DNA of 9,537 nucleotides from a virus (Duplodnaviria; Heunggongvirae; Uroviricota; Caudoviricetes): IMG/VR virus record IMGVR_UViG_2740892218_000005; one strand, 5' to 3'. Shown piece by piece: positions 9,330 to 9,537 of this stretch (position 1 is its first letter; each line of letters starts with the position of its first letter). The notes under the pieces were generated by a model. It saw only the letters and a program-made list of their open reading frames with translations, ran no database searches and was not told where the DNA came from. The position numbers and the translations under genes were made by a program.

Positions 9330-9537
9330 TCACGGTATACACTGGGTACGGATATATTCCTGTGCCCCTTCCAGTTGCTTTTGCATTGTCATCAGCCGTT
9401 CTCTGAGGGTGAAATAATCCCGCTCAGCGGTGTCTGCCAGTCGGGGGCTGGTTGCATTATCCACGCGGGTGGGGCCGGTGGCCTCACGCACGGCTGCGGA
9501 GCAACTGGCATTGACCCGCAGGCGCTTACGACCAGCG
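9330..9537 (-). CDS. Rz: Spanin inner-membrane subunit Rz (i-spanin), 3' portion; 5' end beyond window
   Basis: Minus-strand frame translates ...AGRKRLRVNASCSAAVREATGPTRVDNATSPRLADTAERDYFTLRERLMTMQKQLEGAQEYIRTQCIP*, matching the lambda Rz C-terminus as recalled (...VREATTASGVDNAASPRLADTAERDYFTLRERLITMQKQLEGTQKYINEQCR). Stop TGA at 9332..9330. Confidence 0.88.
   Translation of the reverse strand, partial: AGRKRLRVNASCSAAVREATGPTRVDNATSPRLADTAERDYFTLRERLMTMQKQLEGAQEYIRTQCIP
9392..9537 (-). CDS. Rz1: Spanin outer-membrane lipoprotein Rz1 (o-spanin), embedded in the +1 frame of Rz; 5' end beyond window
   Basis: Alternate frame within Rz translates ...LVVSACGSMPVAPQPCVRPPAPPAWIMQPAPDWQTPLSGIISPSENG*, with a lipobox-like VSAC and the proline-rich segment typical of lambda Rz1 (recalled: ...PLVVVGC...PPPPPAWIMQPPPDWQTPLNGIISPSERG). 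Stop TGA at 9394..9392. Confidence 0.75.
   Translation of the reverse strand, partial: LVVSACGSMPVAPQPCVRPPAPPAWIMQPAPDWQTPLSGIISPSENG

Overview
This window is the DNA-packaging and head-morphogenesis end of a lambda-type (lambdoid, Escherichia-like) phage or prophage, in reverse orientation: every late gene is on the minus strand and the layout is collinear with phage lambda. From high to low coordinate it holds the 3' end of the lysis genes Rz/Rz1 (9330-9537), an AT-rich accessory region of about 1.3 kb (8000-9330), cos (7808-~8030), then Nu1-A-W-B-C/Nu3-D-E-FI-FII and the first 11 codons of Z (1-7807). The accessory region carries a perfect 19-bp tandem repeat array, a 104-aa PerC/Pch-like regulator gene, a hairpin terminator and a convergent 45-aa ribbon-helix-helix-like ORF. 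All structural genes look intact, with lambda-like lengths, overlaps and start codons. I do not see a novel multi-gene system such as a defence island. The parts worth a second look are the accessory region between Rz and cos and an apparently divergent right half of cosN. All comparisons to lambda are from memory, not from a search, and no identities were computed.
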